A DNA stretch of 64,000 bases from positions 2,866 through 66,865 of the forward strand of contig JBHGBC010000001.1 of the NCBI GenBank assembly GCA_041946805.1, given 5' to 3'. Of the stretch, positions 52,048 through 62,704 are shown one piece after another. The notes beneath the pieces were generated by a model that had not been told where the DNA came from, did not search any database, and saw nothing but the letters and a program-made list of their open reading frames with translations. The stretch's first letter is position 1. Each line of letters opens with the position of its first letter. Position numbers and translations under genes: made by a program. The stretch comes from a bacterium (GTDB lineage: Bacteria > Hinthialibacterota > Hinthialibacteria > Hinthialibacterales > Hinthialibacteraceae).

Positions 52048-53655
52048 ATGTGTATCTGCCAATCCATTGATCGCTTGTTGTCCGCTTTTGGGAGGGTGGA
52101 GTCCGGGGCCTTGTTGCGTTCCTGCTATGGACCGCACCCGATGCTGCTCGAACGGCAGCGAAAGCGGATCGTGGCCTTGTTGGAAACCTTCCGCCGGGCG
52201 TTTCCCGAAGCCCGGGAGGCGGGGATTCTCCGGGTTCCCGGCCGCATCAACCTGATGGGCGTCCACGTGGATCACCGGGGGGGATGGTGCAACTTCATGC
52301 CGGTGGCCTGGGAAACCTGGTTTTGTTTTTCTCCCCGCCCGGACGACCGGATCGCCGCCCGGAATCTCTCGCCCGCGTATCCGGATCTGGAGTTTTCGCT
52401 GCAACGCGAATTGCCCCCCGCTCTCCGGGGGAACTGGATGAAGTTCATCGAGTCAGCCGCCATCGAGCGGGGGCAATGGGGCAATTATCTCAAGGCCGGA
52501 GCATTGAAACTGCAGGATGGATTTCCGGACCGGCCGCTCCGGGGTATGAACGTGATGGTGGAGGGAGACATCCCGCCCCGGTCCGGGCTTTCATCCTCTT
52601 CCGCCCTGGTCGTGGGGACGGTCCTGGCGCTGCGCGGCCTCAACCGGCTGCCGTTGTCCGAAGCGGAGATGGCCGAATGGTGCGGGGAAGGCGAATGGTA
52701 CGTGGGGACGCGCGGCGGCGCGGGAGACCATGCGGCCCTGCTGTTGGGAAAATTGAACCAAATCACCCACACGGGATTCAAACCTCTGACGGTGGAGTAT
52801 TGTCCTTTCCCGGCGGATTACGAAGTGCTGGTGGCGCAAAGCGGCATCGAGGCGGGCAAGGCCCTGCACGCGCGGGAGACATTCAATTCGCGGATCGCGG
52901 CCTATGAAATCGCGCTGGCCCTCTTTCGGGATGCGCATCCCCGCTGGAAAGAACCCTTGGCCCTGGTGCGGGACATTTCCCCCGGAGTCCTGGAGGCGGA
53001 TCTGTCTACGCTGTACGCTGCGTTCAAGGCGGTTCCCATGCTGGCTTCTCCGGCGGCTCTGCGCCGGGAGTACCCCGCGTTGCGGGAGAAACTGGACTGG
53101 GTCGTGGCGACCTACGGGGAACCGCGGGAGCCTTGGCCGCTGCGCGAAGTGTTGTTGTTCGGGGCGGCCGAGTGCGCCCGGGCCCGGATGTTTCCCCGGC
53201 TGATCCGGGAGGGACGCATCGCCGCGGCCGGGGAACTCATGTATATCTCGCATGACGGCGACCGGGTCGCGGTCTGGAACGGCCAGGGGAATACGTGTAA
53301 ACCGTACCGGAGTCCGTATTCCGACGATTATCTTGACGCGCTGGCCGCGGCGGCCCGGGAGCGGCCCGGGGATGAGCGGTTGGAGTTGGCGTATCAGCCG
53401 GGCGGTTACCGGTGCAGCGTTCCCGAGCTGGACCGGATGGTGGACCGGTGCAAGGAGTTGGAAGGTGTCGTGGGAGCGGGCCTGACCGGAGCGGGCCTGG
53501 GCGGCGCGATCCTGGCGCTGGTGCGTCCCGACCGCACCGCGGCGGCTGGGGAGGCCTTGCGGACGTTGATCGCCTCCTGGCATCCCGGGGAGCCCTGGGT
53601 GGAGCGGTGCCGTCCCGTGGCGGGAGCCTCGCGGATCGATGGATTGGTGGAATGA
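52048..53655 (+). CDS. GHMP-family sugar kinase (galactokinase-like)
   Basis: GRINLMGVHVDHRGG (galactokinase signature-like) and PPRSGLSSSSALVVG (GHMP ATP-binding motif). 535 aa, which is longer than canonical GalK. Confidence 0.75.
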   Translation: MCICQSIDRLLSAFGRVESGALLRSCYGPHPMLLERQRKRIVALLETFRRAFPEAREAGILRVPGRINLMGVHVDHRGGWCNFMPVAWETWFCFSPRPDDRIAARNLSPAYPDLEFSLQRELPPALRGNWMKFIESAAIERGQWGNYLKAGALKLQDGFPDRPLRGMNVMVEGDIPPRSGLSSSSALVVGTVLALRGLNRLPLSEAEMAEWCGEGEWYVGTRGGAGDHAALLLGKLNQITHTGFKPLTVEYCPFPADYEVLVAQSGIEAGKALHARETFNSRIAAYEIALALFRDAHPRWKEPLALVRDISPGVLEADLSTLYAAFKAVPMLASPAALRREYPALREKLDWVVATYGEPREPWPLREVLLFGAAECARARMFPRLIREGRIAAAGELMYISHDGDRVAVWNGQGNTCKPYRSPYSDDYLDALAAAARERPGDERLELAYQPGGYRCSVPELDRMVDRCKELEGVVGAGLTGAGLGGAILALVRPDRTAAAGEALRTLIASWHPGEPWVERCRPVAGASRIDGLVE

Positions 53656-53683
53656 AGCAATCCGGCTGGAAAAAGAGAAAAAA

Positions 53684-54280
53684 ATGAAAGCCGTCCGTTT
53701 TTTGCGCAAGTCCTATGCGTTCACATTGATCGAATTGCTGATCGTGGTCGCCATCATCGGTATCCTGGCTGCGATCGCCGTGCCCAACTTTTTGAACGCC
53801 CAAACCCGGGCGAAGATCGCGCGGGTGATGGGGGACTTCAAGGCGTACGGCACCGCCCTGGAGACATACATTTTAGACCAAAACGCCGCCCCCTGGGACA
53901 TGCCCTGCCCCTCGGGCGATCACGGATGGGCGTCCTGCCTGTCGCGCCTGACCACGCCGGTGGGCTACATGAGCGCGGTGGCGCCCGACGTGTTCCAGGC
54001 GGAAGACGTGCGGGCGAGCCTGTCCCCCTCGCATTTCGTTGGCAGTCAGATGAGTTACGATTACACCACGATTTATTACAACGGCGGCGTGGGGACGCAA
54101 TCGGAAATCTGGAGGTACCTGTTCGGCAATTCCCTTTGGCGGCTGGCCAGCGCCGGTCCCGACCGGGCCTTGATCAACGTCACGGCGCGGCAATGGCTGG
54201 CCCCGCCCTACAATTCCTCCAACGGATTGGTCTCCCCGGGGGACATCACGTATTCGCAGCAGAATTTCCTGGACCGGTGA
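53684..54280 (+). CDS. Prepilin-type N-terminal cleavage/methylation-domain protein (pseudopilin-like)
   Basis: MKAVRFLRKSYAFTLIELLIVVAIIGILAAIAVPNF is a class-III signal with the Glu+5 hydrophobic helix. Mature domain is about 170 aa. Confidence 0.7.
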   Translation: MKAVRFLRKSYAFTLIELLIVVAIIGILAAIAVPNFLNAQTRAKIARVMGDFKAYGTALETYILDQNAAPWDMPCPSGDHGWASCLSRLTTPVGYMSAVAPDVFQAEDVRASLSPSHFVGSQMSYDYTTIYYNGGVGTQSEIWRYLFGNSLWRLASAGPDRALINVTARQWLAPPYNSSNGLVSPGDITYSQQNFLDR

Positions 54281-54292
54281 GATCCGGGCGGT

Positions 54293-55312
54293 TTAATCTT
54301 CCGGGGGGTGAAGGTCGTCCAGCGGTTTGAACAACACGGTCTCGATGAATTGCTGGGTCTCGATTTCCTTCCGCGGCTCGGGCAAAGACCGCAGAGTGGC
54401 CAGAGACACGCGGAGGGTGTCTCCGGCGGAGGGAACCGTTTGCGCCCAGTTGTTCCGGAGCAGTTGTTCCAGCAGGGCTTCGGCGCGCTGGTTTTGATAA
54501 TGGAGGCGCAGATGGCGCCAGAGATCCGGATGGGCCAGCAGGCGCAGCAACGCGCCCCGGGGCCAATCCAGCCACTCCCGCGTTTCCATTTCCGGCGGAC
54601 ATTGGGAGAGAATCAGCCGGGCGGCCGCATAGGTCTTGGGGGCGGAGAAGGTTTTGACGGATTGATTGCTGTATTCCTCCTGACAATGAATCAGGAAATC
54701 CCCCATCCGCGGCAGATCGGCGGCAAGGAGGCGGTTCTCCTCGATATGAACCAATCCCGCTTCCTCCAGGCGGCGGAAGAGTTCCCGAATCCGGTGGCCG
54801 GGGATATCCAGCATATCCCGGCAATGGGCGGAGACCAGTGCGTGGATCCGCTCGAAGTCCGGCTCCGACCGGATCGTAAGTTGGATGAGAGTCAGGACTT
54901 TCCGCCATAAGTCCGGCGAAGTCAAATCGGAAACGACCGCCATCCGTTGATGCGTGTTGCGGAGTTTGTGGCAAATGAGTTTGAGAATCACCTCGGCCAC
55001 GGCCGGCGAGCGGCGGATGATGGACCGGATGCGGTGTTTGTTGAGGATCACCAGCAGCGAATCTTCCATGGCGGTGACCGTGGCGGAGCGGGGCGCGTCG
55101 TCCAGGATGGCCAACTCGCCGACAATGTCCCGCGGTTCGATCTCCGCGATGGGCACGTTCTCGCCGTCGATGTTTTTTTCCACCAGCAGCCGTCCGTGGA
55201 CCACGAAATAGGCGCACTGGCCCATTTCGCCCTCCCGCATGATCACGGTTCCTTTGTCCACCCGCACAGCTTCTCGTGAAAGATCACCTAAGAATGAATC
55301 CCCCATGACCAT
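54293..55312 (-). CDS. Cyclic-nucleotide-binding (Crp-like cNMP domain) protein with uncharacterised C-terminal domain
   Basis: VIMREGEMGQCAYFVVHGRLLV...IAEIEPRDIVGELAILDDAPRSATVTAMED (cNMP-binding beta-roll). The ~230-aa C-terminal region has no recognisable HTH. Start at the ATG at 55312 or 55306. Confidence 0.65.
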   Translation of the reverse strand: MVMGDSFLGDLSREAVRVDKGTVIMREGEMGQCAYFVVHGRLLVEKNIDGENVPIAEIEPRDIVGELAILDDAPRSATVTAMEDSLLVILNKHRIRSIIRRSPAVAEVILKLICHKLRNTHQRMAVVSDLTSPDLWRKVLTLIQLTIRSEPDFERIHALVSAHCRDMLDIPGHRIRELFRRLEEAGLVHIEENRLLAADLPRMGDFLIHCQEEYSNQSVKTFSAPKTYAAARLILSQCPPEMETREWLDWPRGALLRLLAHPDLWRHLRLHYQNQRAEALLEQLLRNNWAQTVPSAGDTLRVSLATLRSLPEPRKEIETQQFIETVLFKPLDDLHPPED

Positions 55313-55451
55313 GCCCCACACGCTGTTTGGTACGGTCCGGATTTCCTGGTCCTCCGGATCACCGCGCCCTTTTTCTTGCTGAACGGTTCTAGTATACAAT
55401 GAGGCGCCAGTCTTTCTAAGTTTCCAAGGGGCTTTGGGGGAGAATGAGCTC

Positions 55452-57323
55452 ATGAAACGATACCAGTTTTGGCGGCTGATGCTGGCGGCATGGATCGGGA
55501 TGGCGGGCGCGCGGCCCCTGCCAGCGGAGCAGGCCGGATTTTCCATCCGCGGCACATTGCCGTGGCATAATTTCTTGTCGGGACCGACCGCCTGGAATTT
55601 CGAAGATTACCAGGCCTATCTGGATTGGATGGCGAAGCGGAACCTGAATTTCATCGGATTCCACTGTTACACGGGCGGCGCCGAGCGGTACGTCAATTAC
55701 GTGGAGCCGCTGATCGAGATCCGTTACCGGAACGTGTTGCCGCAAGCGCAATTCGATACGTCCCTCACCGCCCGGTGGGGATACTGGCCCATGGCAACCA
55801 GCCGGTTCGCCTTTCACACCGGACGGCTGTTCAAACGGGATGTTTTCGGGGCCGAATGCGCGGTCCGGGCCCGGTCCAACGAAGAACACTACGCCCGGGC
55901 GCGGGACCTGATGCGGCAGGTGACCGGGTACGCCCACGAGAAGGGGATCCGGGTCTGCCTGGGCTTTGAATTCGGCGTGTACCCTCCCGAGTTCTACTCC
56001 GTGATTCCACCGGACGCGATGCTGTACACTCCGTATCTTCCCGATCCCACGCATCCGGCCAATATCGAACTGCTCGGGAAGTATATCGAGGCCATCCTCA
56101 CCGCGTATCCCCGGATCGATTACATCTGGTTCTGGCTCCAGGAAATGCAGAATCCCGTGGAAACCAAGGGATTCCCGGTGGCGTTTCAACAATATTACGA
56201 CACGCACAAGGACCGGTTTGCGTATCTGACAGACGAACGGCAGTTGTTCAACGGGGTCTGGTCGCTGGCGTATGTTCAGAAAGCCTACGAGCTCCTCCGG
56301 CAAAAAGCGCCGCACGTGCGCATGGCCATCAGCGGCTGGGGCGGGGGAAATCAACTGCCTCCCCTCCTGAGGGGACTGCATGAAGCGTTGCCGAAGGACA
56401 TCATTTTCTCCTGCCTGAATCCCAGCCAGGGGTGGGACCCGCAGGTGGAATTCATGGGGAAAATGCCCGGCCGGGAGGTGTGGGTGATTCCCTGGCTGGA
56501 AGGGGACATGCGCCTCTGGCATCCCCAGCCGCGCGTTTCGGTGCTGGCCGAGCACATCGCCCTGGCCCAACAGCAAGGCATCGCGGGTGTGATCGGCATC
56601 CATTGGCGGACGGAGGACATTCAGGCCAACCTGGATGCGCTGGGCCTGTTCACCGTGTCGCCGCCCGAGTTGGACGGCGTCCGCCTGATGACCCGCGAGG
56701 AGAAAATCGATGTCACCTCCGCGTTTTACACGGCCTGGTGCGAAACGAAATACGGTCCCGAAGCGGCGGTGAAGATCGCGCCGGTGTTGACCCGGCTGGA
56801 TGTGGACCAGGTGCTGGCGCCCCGGCGGGGGGGCGTGGATTCGCCGGAATATTTCCCCTATCATCCCAGCTGGGGGCGGATGACCCCCGGAATCCGCGAG
56901 GATGTCGCGCGGTTCCTTGAAGTCGTGGAGGCGGCGCGGCCCCTGGCGCGGGACAAAGACCAGCGGGCCAATCTGGAATATCTGGAAAATACCCTGCGGG
57001 GAATCCTGGCGCTCGAACAGGTGGGCGCGCGCTTGGAACCGGCCTGCCGGGTGAAGGAAGCCTGGCTCGCGGGGACGCTGCCCGCCTCCGAACGGCTTCC
57101 GGCCTGCCGGGAAGCCCTGGAAGCATGGAAGCAGGCGCCGTTCGAGGAGTTGTTCGGCGCCTTCAGCCGTAGAGTCCGGACGCGGGGGGATTTGGGCGTG
57201 CTTTCCTCGATGAACCAGAAATTATGGGGATTGGCCCAGGAATTACGTGACTTTTTGGAAGCGAACCAGTTGGAAGCGAACCAGGCCGCGGAAAATCGAG
57301 GGGAAAATGAACGGAAGCCCTGA
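55452..57323 (+). CDS. Secreted hypothetical protein (possible TIM-barrel glycoside-hydrolase-like fold)
   Basis: Signal peptide MKRYQFWRLMLAAWIGMAGA. Body is Trp/Tyr-rich (FSIRGTLPWHNF..NFIGFHCY); no confident family assignment. The ORF track starts at 55434. Confidence 0.5.
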   Translation: MKRYQFWRLMLAAWIGMAGARPLPAEQAGFSIRGTLPWHNFLSGPTAWNFEDYQAYLDWMAKRNLNFIGFHCYTGGAERYVNYVEPLIEIRYRNVLPQAQFDTSLTARWGYWPMATSRFAFHTGRLFKRDVFGAECAVRARSNEEHYARARDLMRQVTGYAHEKGIRVCLGFEFGVYPPEFYSVIPPDAMLYTPYLPDPTHPANIELLGKYIEAILTAYPRIDYIWFWLQEMQNPVETKGFPVAFQQYYDTHKDRFAYLTDERQLFNGVWSLAYVQKAYELLRQKAPHVRMAISGWGGGNQLPPLLRGLHEALPKDIIFSCLNPSQGWDPQVEFMGKMPGREVWVIPWLEGDMRLWHPQPRVSVLAEHIALAQQQGIAGVIGIHWRTEDIQANLDALGLFTVSPPELDGVRLMTREEKIDVTSAFYTAWCETKYGPEAAVKIAPVLTRLDVDQVLAPRRGGVDSPEYFPYHPSWGRMTPGIREDVARFLEVVEAARPLARDKDQRANLEYLENTLRGILALEQVGARLEPACRVKEAWLAGTLPASERLPACREALEAWKQAPFEELFGAFSRRVRTRGDLGVLSSMNQKLWGLAQELRDFLEANQLEANQAAENRGENERKP

Positions 57324-57348
57324 AGAGGCCAATGAGGCGGCGGGATGA

Positions 57349-57378
57349 GGCCGGATCCCGGGTTTTTTGCCGGTGGAA
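57349..57378 (+). terminator. Candidate intrinsic terminator (GGCCGGATCCCGG hairpin followed by a T-run)
   Basis: GAGGCCGGATCCCGGGTTTTTTG lies 25 nt after the stop of the 55452-57323 gene. Confidence 0.45.
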
Positions 57379-57795
57379 GATAAAATCACCAAATTCCCTT
57401 GTCTTTCGCGGAAGATCACACTATACTAGCAATAGATTCAATGAAATTGACTGTCCGGCACTCCTGAATCCAGGGAAAAATCCTCAGACGAAACAATTCG
57501 GGTTCCAACCGAACGAACCAATTGGATAAGAGTTTCATTTGTGTGCCACCCCGGTTCCAACCCGCACACGAAGAATTGTCAAACTAAGGCAGATCGTTAT
57601 CTCCCAAAACCCCGATAACCGCTTTGGAACAAGCGATCGTACAGGATCGGCGAAGAATCAGAAAGTTTCACTATTCCTTGACATGCAATGGTTGAATGGG
57701 TAAGCAAGAATGGTCCTGAGGTTCGGGCAGCCCACCGCAAGGCGCTGGCCGGCGTGGGTGGTTTTCCTTCGATGATCCGCCTTTGAGTTTCAAGC

Positions 57796-60453
57796 ATGAA
57801 CACTGTCTATCTCGTGGACGGAAGTTCCATCTTTTTCCGCGCGTATCATGCCATTCCCAACCTGCGGCGTTCGGACGGAATGGCCACAAACGCGCTGTAC
57901 GGCTATGTGTCGACACTGCGGAGCCTGATCCGGGAATACCAGCCCCGCCGCATGGTGGTGGCCTTCGACCGTCCGGAACCGACCTTTCGCAAGGAGCGGT
58001 TCGAGGCCTACAAGGCCAACCGGGCGCAGCTGCCGGATGACTTGGCGGCGCAGATCCCGTGGATCAAGGAAGTGACGAAAAAATTGGGCATTTCCACCCT
58101 CGAAATGCCGGGTTTCGAAGCGGATGATATCATCGGCACGCTGGCCGTCCGCCTGGCGGAGCAGAACCGGGATGTGGTCGTGGTTTCGGGGGACAAGGAT
58201 CTGCTGCAACTCGTGAACGATTCGGTGAAAGTGTTGCGCTTGTCGCACGGCCGGAATCAGATGTACGCGGCGGAGGACGTGGCGGCCCGGTATGGGGTTC
58301 CGCCGGAGAAACTGATCGATGTCCTGGGCTTGATGGGAGACGCCAGCGACAACGTGCCCGGGGTGCCGGGCATCGGCGAAAAGACCGCCATCGCGCTGAT
58401 CCAGGAATACGGCTCGATGCAATCGCTGTATGAAAATTTGGATCGGATCAGCGGAGCCAAGCGGCGGGAAAATTTGGACCGGTTCCGGGACCAGGCGTTC
58501 TTGTCCCGCGAGCTGGTGACAATCAAAACCGACGTCCCCTTGCCGGTCGAAAACGGCTGGCTCGAGATGCGCCCCGTGGACGAGGGCGGCCTGCGCCGTT
58601 TTTATGAAGAGATGGAGTTTCGTTCCCTCGCCGCGGAGTTGAGTCCCGCGCCGGTGGGAGAGATCCGGCCGGTGCGGTACGAAACGGTCCGGACGGCGGC
58701 GCGGCTGGCCGAAGTGGTGTCCATGGTCTTGGAACGGGGCGCCTGCGCGGTGGATACCGAAACCACCTCGCTGGACACCCTGGGCGCGCGGCTGGTGGGC
58801 GTTTCCTTGAGCGTGGAAGAGGACCAGGCCTGGTATATTCCCCTCGGCCACACGGAAGGGGGCAACATTCCCCGGGACGAGGCGTTTCCGCTGCTCCAGG
58901 CGGTTTTGGAATCGGAGGCGGTGCGCAAGACCGCCCACCATGGCAAGTTCGATCAGCATATCCTCGCCAACGAAGGCATCCGGCTGCGCGGCCTCGCCGA
59001 CGACACCCTGGTGGCCGCGTCGCTGGTCATGCCCCAGCGCGACAGCCAGAAACTGGACGACCTGGCGTTGGACCTGCTGAATATGCGGATGACGCCCATC
59101 ACCGATTTGATCGGCACGGGACGGGACCAAATCGGCATGGCCGGCGTGGAAGTGGCGAAAGTGGGTCCCTACGCCTGCGAGGACGCCGACGCCGCCTGGC
59201 GGCTGCGCGCGGCGCTGCGGCCCCTGATCGAGGAATACGGGATGACGGAATTGTACCGCGATGTGGAGATTCCGCTCATCCAGGTGTTGGTGGACATGGA
59301 ACGCCAGGGCGTACGGGTTGACGCGTCCGTGCTGGAGGAACAATCCCGCGAGTTGGGCGAGGAGATGCGGGAACTGGAAACCGCCATCTTCCAGTCGATC
59401 GGGCGTGAATTCAACCTCAATTCACCTTCGCAATTGGCGCGAATCCTGTATGATGACTTGAAAGTGTTGGACGGCCGCAAGCGGTCCACGCGCGCCGAAG
59501 TGCTCGAGAAGCTGGCGGAGGACGGAGTGCCCATCGCCCGGCGGATTTTGGAGTACCGGCGCCGGCAGAAGATCAAATCCACCTATCTCGACGCCCTGCC
59601 CAAGATGGTCCGGCCGGACACGGGGCGGGTCCACACCACCTACAACCAGTCGGCGGTGAACACGGGGCGGATTTCGAGCAACGATCCCAATCTGCAGAAC
59701 ATTCCCATCCGCACGGATTTGGGCCGCCGGGTGCGGAAAGCCTTCGTGGCGCGCGAGGGATACGTGCTGATCTCGTTGGATTATTCCCAGATCGAATTGC
59801 GCGTCCTGGCGCATATCTCCCAGGACCCCGGCCTGTTGCGGGCCTTCGCGGCGGGCGAGGATATCCACGCCCGGACGGCGGCGGAAATTTTCGGCGTCCC
59901 GCTCGGCGGCGTCACGCCGGACATGCGCCGCAAGGCCAAGGAAATCAATTTCGGACTCAATTACGGCATGTCGCCCTATGGGCTGGCCCGGCGGCTGTCG
60001 ATCAGCACGGACGAGGCGGCCTCGTATATCCAAGCCTATTTCACGCGGTATCCGCGGGTCCAGATCTACATGAGCGAAATTCTGGCCTTCGCCCAAGAAC
60101 ACTTGTACGCACGGACGTTGATGGGCCGCCGGATTCCCACCCCGGGAGTGCGCGACAGCCATCATCAACGGCAGGAAAACGCGCGGCGGGCGGCGATCAA
60201 CGCGCCCATTCAAGGCTCGGCCGCGGACCTGATGAAAAAAGCCATGGTCGATGTCCACGCCGAACTGCGGTCCGAGGGGGACCGGGCCGCCATCCTGCTG
60301 ACCGTGCACGACGAACTGGTGCTGGAAGCGGCGGAGGACCGGGCCGAGGATGTTTGCCGGCGGTGCCGCGAACGGATGGAACAGGCCCTGCGGCTCGACG
60401 TCCCCACGCCGGTGGAAACCTCGATGGGGCCCAGCTGGGCGGATTTGAACTGA
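57796..60453 (+). CDS. polA: DNA polymerase I
   Basis: 885 aa; 5'-3' exonuclease domain N-terminus (VYLVDGSSIFFRAYHA), 3'-5' exonuclease domain, and polymerase motifs (RRKAKEINFGLNYG motif B-like; VHDELVLE motif C). Confidence 0.95.
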   Translation: MNTVYLVDGSSIFFRAYHAIPNLRRSDGMATNALYGYVSTLRSLIREYQPRRMVVAFDRPEPTFRKERFEAYKANRAQLPDDLAAQIPWIKEVTKKLGISTLEMPGFEADDIIGTLAVRLAEQNRDVVVVSGDKDLLQLVNDSVKVLRLSHGRNQMYAAEDVAARYGVPPEKLIDVLGLMGDASDNVPGVPGIGEKTAIALIQEYGSMQSLYENLDRISGAKRRENLDRFRDQAFLSRELVTIKTDVPLPVENGWLEMRPVDEGGLRRFYEEMEFRSLAAELSPAPVGEIRPVRYETVRTAARLAEVVSMVLERGACAVDTETTSLDTLGARLVGVSLSVEEDQAWYIPLGHTEGGNIPRDEAFPLLQAVLESEAVRKTAHHGKFDQHILANEGIRLRGLADDTLVAASLVMPQRDSQKLDDLALDLLNMRMTPITDLIGTGRDQIGMAGVEVAKVGPYACEDADAAWRLRAALRPLIEEYGMTELYRDVEIPLIQVLVDMERQGVRVDASVLEEQSRELGEEMRELETAIFQSIGREFNLNSPSQLARILYDDLKVLDGRKRSTRAEVLEKLAEDGVPIARRILEYRRRQKIKSTYLDALPKMVRPDTGRVHTTYNQSAVNTGRISSNDPNLQNIPIRTDLGRRVRKAFVAREGYVLISLDYSQIELRVLAHISQDPGLLRAFAAGEDIHARTAAEIFGVPLGGVTPDMRRKAKEINFGLNYGMSPYGLARRLSISTDEAASYIQAYFTRYPRVQIYMSEILAFAQEHLYARTLMGRRIPTPGVRDSHHQRQENARRAAINAPIQGSAADLMKKAMVDVHAELRSEGDRAAILLTVHDELVLEAAEDRAEDVCRRCRERMEQALRLDVPTPVETSMGPSWADLN

Positions 60454-60456
60454 CGC

Positions 60457-61101
60457 ATGAAGCGAAAGACAACGCCGTCCCTCCGGGATGTGGGGCCTCC
60501 CGAGATCTCCCCGCGGCGCAAGGTGCTGGGCCTGACCGGCAATCCGGGAGCGGGCAAAAGCACGGTGGCCGCGTGGATGCAAGAGATGGGCGCCGTGGTG
60601 ATCAGCGGAGACGCCGAGGGCCACCGGTTGCTGCGCCGGGATTCACCGGTGTATGAAACCCTGGTGGAGGAGTACGACGTGAGCATCCTGGGGCCGAAGA
60701 ACCGGATCGACCGGAAGGCGCTGAGCCGGATCGTGACCAAAACGGTCGAAGAATTACGGCGCTACAACCGGTTGATCCATCCGGAACTGATCGAAACGAT
60801 TTTGTATCGAATCGAACAGTTCCGGAAATCCAAGCGAAGCGGACCGCTGGTGGTGGACGCGGCGTTGATTTACGAATGGGGAATGAGCGGCGTGTTCGAC
60901 GCCGTGCTGGTGGTGGCCGCGCCCCGCGCGGAACGGCATAAACGTTTTCGGGCGGCGCGCGGGAACGAATCCCTGTTTCAAGTCCTGGAATCGGCGCAAT
61001 GGCCGGAACAGGAGAAAGTCCAACGAGCGGATGTGGTATTCCAAAACGAAGGCGATTTGGCCGAACTCCGGTCCCAAGTCGAAGCGTTTATGAACTGTTG
61101 A
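60457..61101 (+). CDS. coaE: Dephospho-CoA kinase
   Basis: [17 protein letters not shown]-loop, CoaE length and motifs. Starts 4 nt after the polA stop. Confidence 0.9.
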   Translation: MKRKTTPSLRDVGPPEISPRRKVLGLTGNPGAGKSTVAAWMQEMGAVVISGDAEGHRLLRRDSPVYETLVEEYDVSILGPKNRIDRKALSRIVTKTVEELRRYNRLIHPELIETILYRIEQFRKSKRSGPLVVDAALIYEWGMSGVFDAVLVVAAPRAERHKRFRAARGNESLFQVLESAQWPEQEKVQRADVVFQNEGDLAELRSQVEAFMNC

Positions 61102-61105
61102 AAGG

Positions 61106-62602
61106 TTGATCACACGGATTATGGAGAGCAAAACCCAGACACGACGTCCCCGGCTAGGGAACAACCGGATGCATAACTCGCATGGTCGGAGAGGAATGAT
61201 TAACGATATGCGAACCAACGATCGGAACAACAAACCGTATGGCGCCTCGAATCCCGGCGGCGGGACTCCCTCGGCCTCCCCGGCCGCTCCCGGCAGCACC
61301 ACGGCCACGGCCGCTCCGGGCAAGAATCCCGGCCTGGAGATGGAGACCCTCAAGAAAAAGACCATCGCCGAGCTGATGGAACTGGCCCACGAGATGAGCA
61401 TCGAGGGAGTCAGCGGCCTCCGCAAGCAGGAACTGATCTACAAGATCGTGGAGCACGCCGCCAAGGTGGAGCCGGAAGAGACCGGCGAAATGCAGGGCTC
61501 GGGCGTGCTGGAGGCCTTGCCGGAAGGCTTCGGCTTCCTGCGCAGCGCCGATTACTGCTACCTGCCGGGGCCGGACGACATCTACGTGTCGCCGTCCCAG
61601 ATCCGGCGGTTCGGCCTGCGCAAGGGCGACACCGTGACCGGCGTCATCCGCCCGCCCAAGGAAGGCGAACGCTACTTCGCCCTCCTCAAGGTGACCTCCA
61701 TCAACGGGGAACCTCCGGAAGCGGCCAAGGACAAGATCCTGTACGACAACCTGACGCCCCTGTTTCCCAACATCCGGATCCGCATGGAGACCACCCCGAA
61801 CCGCATCTCGGCGCGCATCATCGACCTGATCGTGCCCATGGGCCTCGGCCAGCGGGCGCTGATCGTCGCGCCTCCCAACTCGGGGAAAACCATGCTGCTG
61901 CAGGAGATCGCCAACAGCATCACTTCGAATCATCCGGACGTGACGCTCATCGTGCTGCTCATCGACGAGCGGCCCGAGGAGGTCACCGAGATGAAACGCA
62001 CGGTGAAGGGCGAGGTCATCTCCTCCACCTTCGACGAACCGCCCGAGCGCCATATCCAGGTCGCCGAGATGGTCATCGAGAAGGCCAAGCGCCTGGTGGA
62101 ATACCGCCACGACGTGGTGATCCTGCTCGACAGCATCACGCGGCTGGCCCGCGCCTACAATCAGATCGCTCCGCACAGCGGCAAGATCCTCTCCGGCGGG
62201 ATCGATTCCAGCGCCCTGATTCCGCCCAAGCGTTTCTACGGCGCGGCCCGCAACATCGAGGAAGGCGGCAGCCTCTCGATCATGGCCACCGCGCTCATCG
62301 ACACCGGCAGCCGCATGGACGACGTCATCTACGAAGAGTTCAAGGGCACCGGCAACCTCGAGCTGCATCTGGACCGCAAACTGGCCGAGCGCCGGATCTA
62401 TCCCTCCATCGACATCAACCGCTCCAAGACCCGGAAGGAAGAGTTGCTGCTCGAACCGGATGAACTGGAGCGGGTGTGGCTGCTGCGCAAGGTGTTGAAC
62501 GAAATGAATGCCAGCGAGGCGGTCGAACTGCTCATCGAGCGGATGAAGAAAACCAAGAACAACAAGGATTTCCTGGACACGCTGAGCAAGTCGACGCTCT
62601 GA
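61106..62602 (+). CDS. rho: Transcription termination factor Rho, with N-terminal low-complexity extension
   Basis: Rho N-terminal domain ([32 protein letters not shown]), CSD, and Walker A ([21 protein letters not shown]). The track start at 61106 is a TTG; the first ATG is at 61121. An Asn/Gly/Arg-rich ~80-aa leader precedes the conserved domain. Confidence 0.9.
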   Translation: MITRIMESKTQTRRPRLGNNRMHNSHGRRGMINDMRTNDRNNKPYGASNPGGGTPSASPAAPGSTTATAAPGKNPGLEMETLKKKTIAELMELAHEMSIEGVSGLRKQELIYKIVEHAAKVEPEETGEMQGSGVLEALPEGFGFLRSADYCYLPGPDDIYVSPSQIRRFGLRKGDTVTGVIRPPKEGERYFALLKVTSINGEPPEAAKDKILYDNLTPLFPNIRIRMETTPNRISARIIDLIVPMGLGQRALIVAPPNSGKTMLLQEIANSITSNHPDVTLIVLLIDERPEEVTEMKRTVKGEVISSTFDEPPERHIQVAEMVIEKAKRLVEYRHDVVILLDSITRLARAYNQIAPHSGKILSGGIDSSALIPPKRFYGAARNIEEGGSLSIMATALIDTGSRMDDVIYEEFKGTGNLELHLDRKLAERRIYPSIDINRSKTRKEELLLEPDELERVWLLRKVLNEMNASEAVELLIERMKKTKNNKDFLDTLSKSTL

Positions 62603-62704
62603 TCCCGCAACGCGTTCCCCAGTTCTGCAAGGAGAAAGGGGACACCCGTGGGCGGAGGCGGATGCCCGCGCGCCGGCCCCGGGCCCGCTTCCCCGCGTGC
62701 CACC

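Noticed and set aside
57490-57540. tRNA-like T-arm GGTTCCAACCC and possible RNase P-like CCGATAACCG in the polA upstream region
   Set aside because: The flanking stems are not complementary, no D-arm, anticodon arm or acceptor stem could be built, and the P4 (GGAAAGTCCGG) core is absent. Neither a tRNA nor RNase P RNA is supported.
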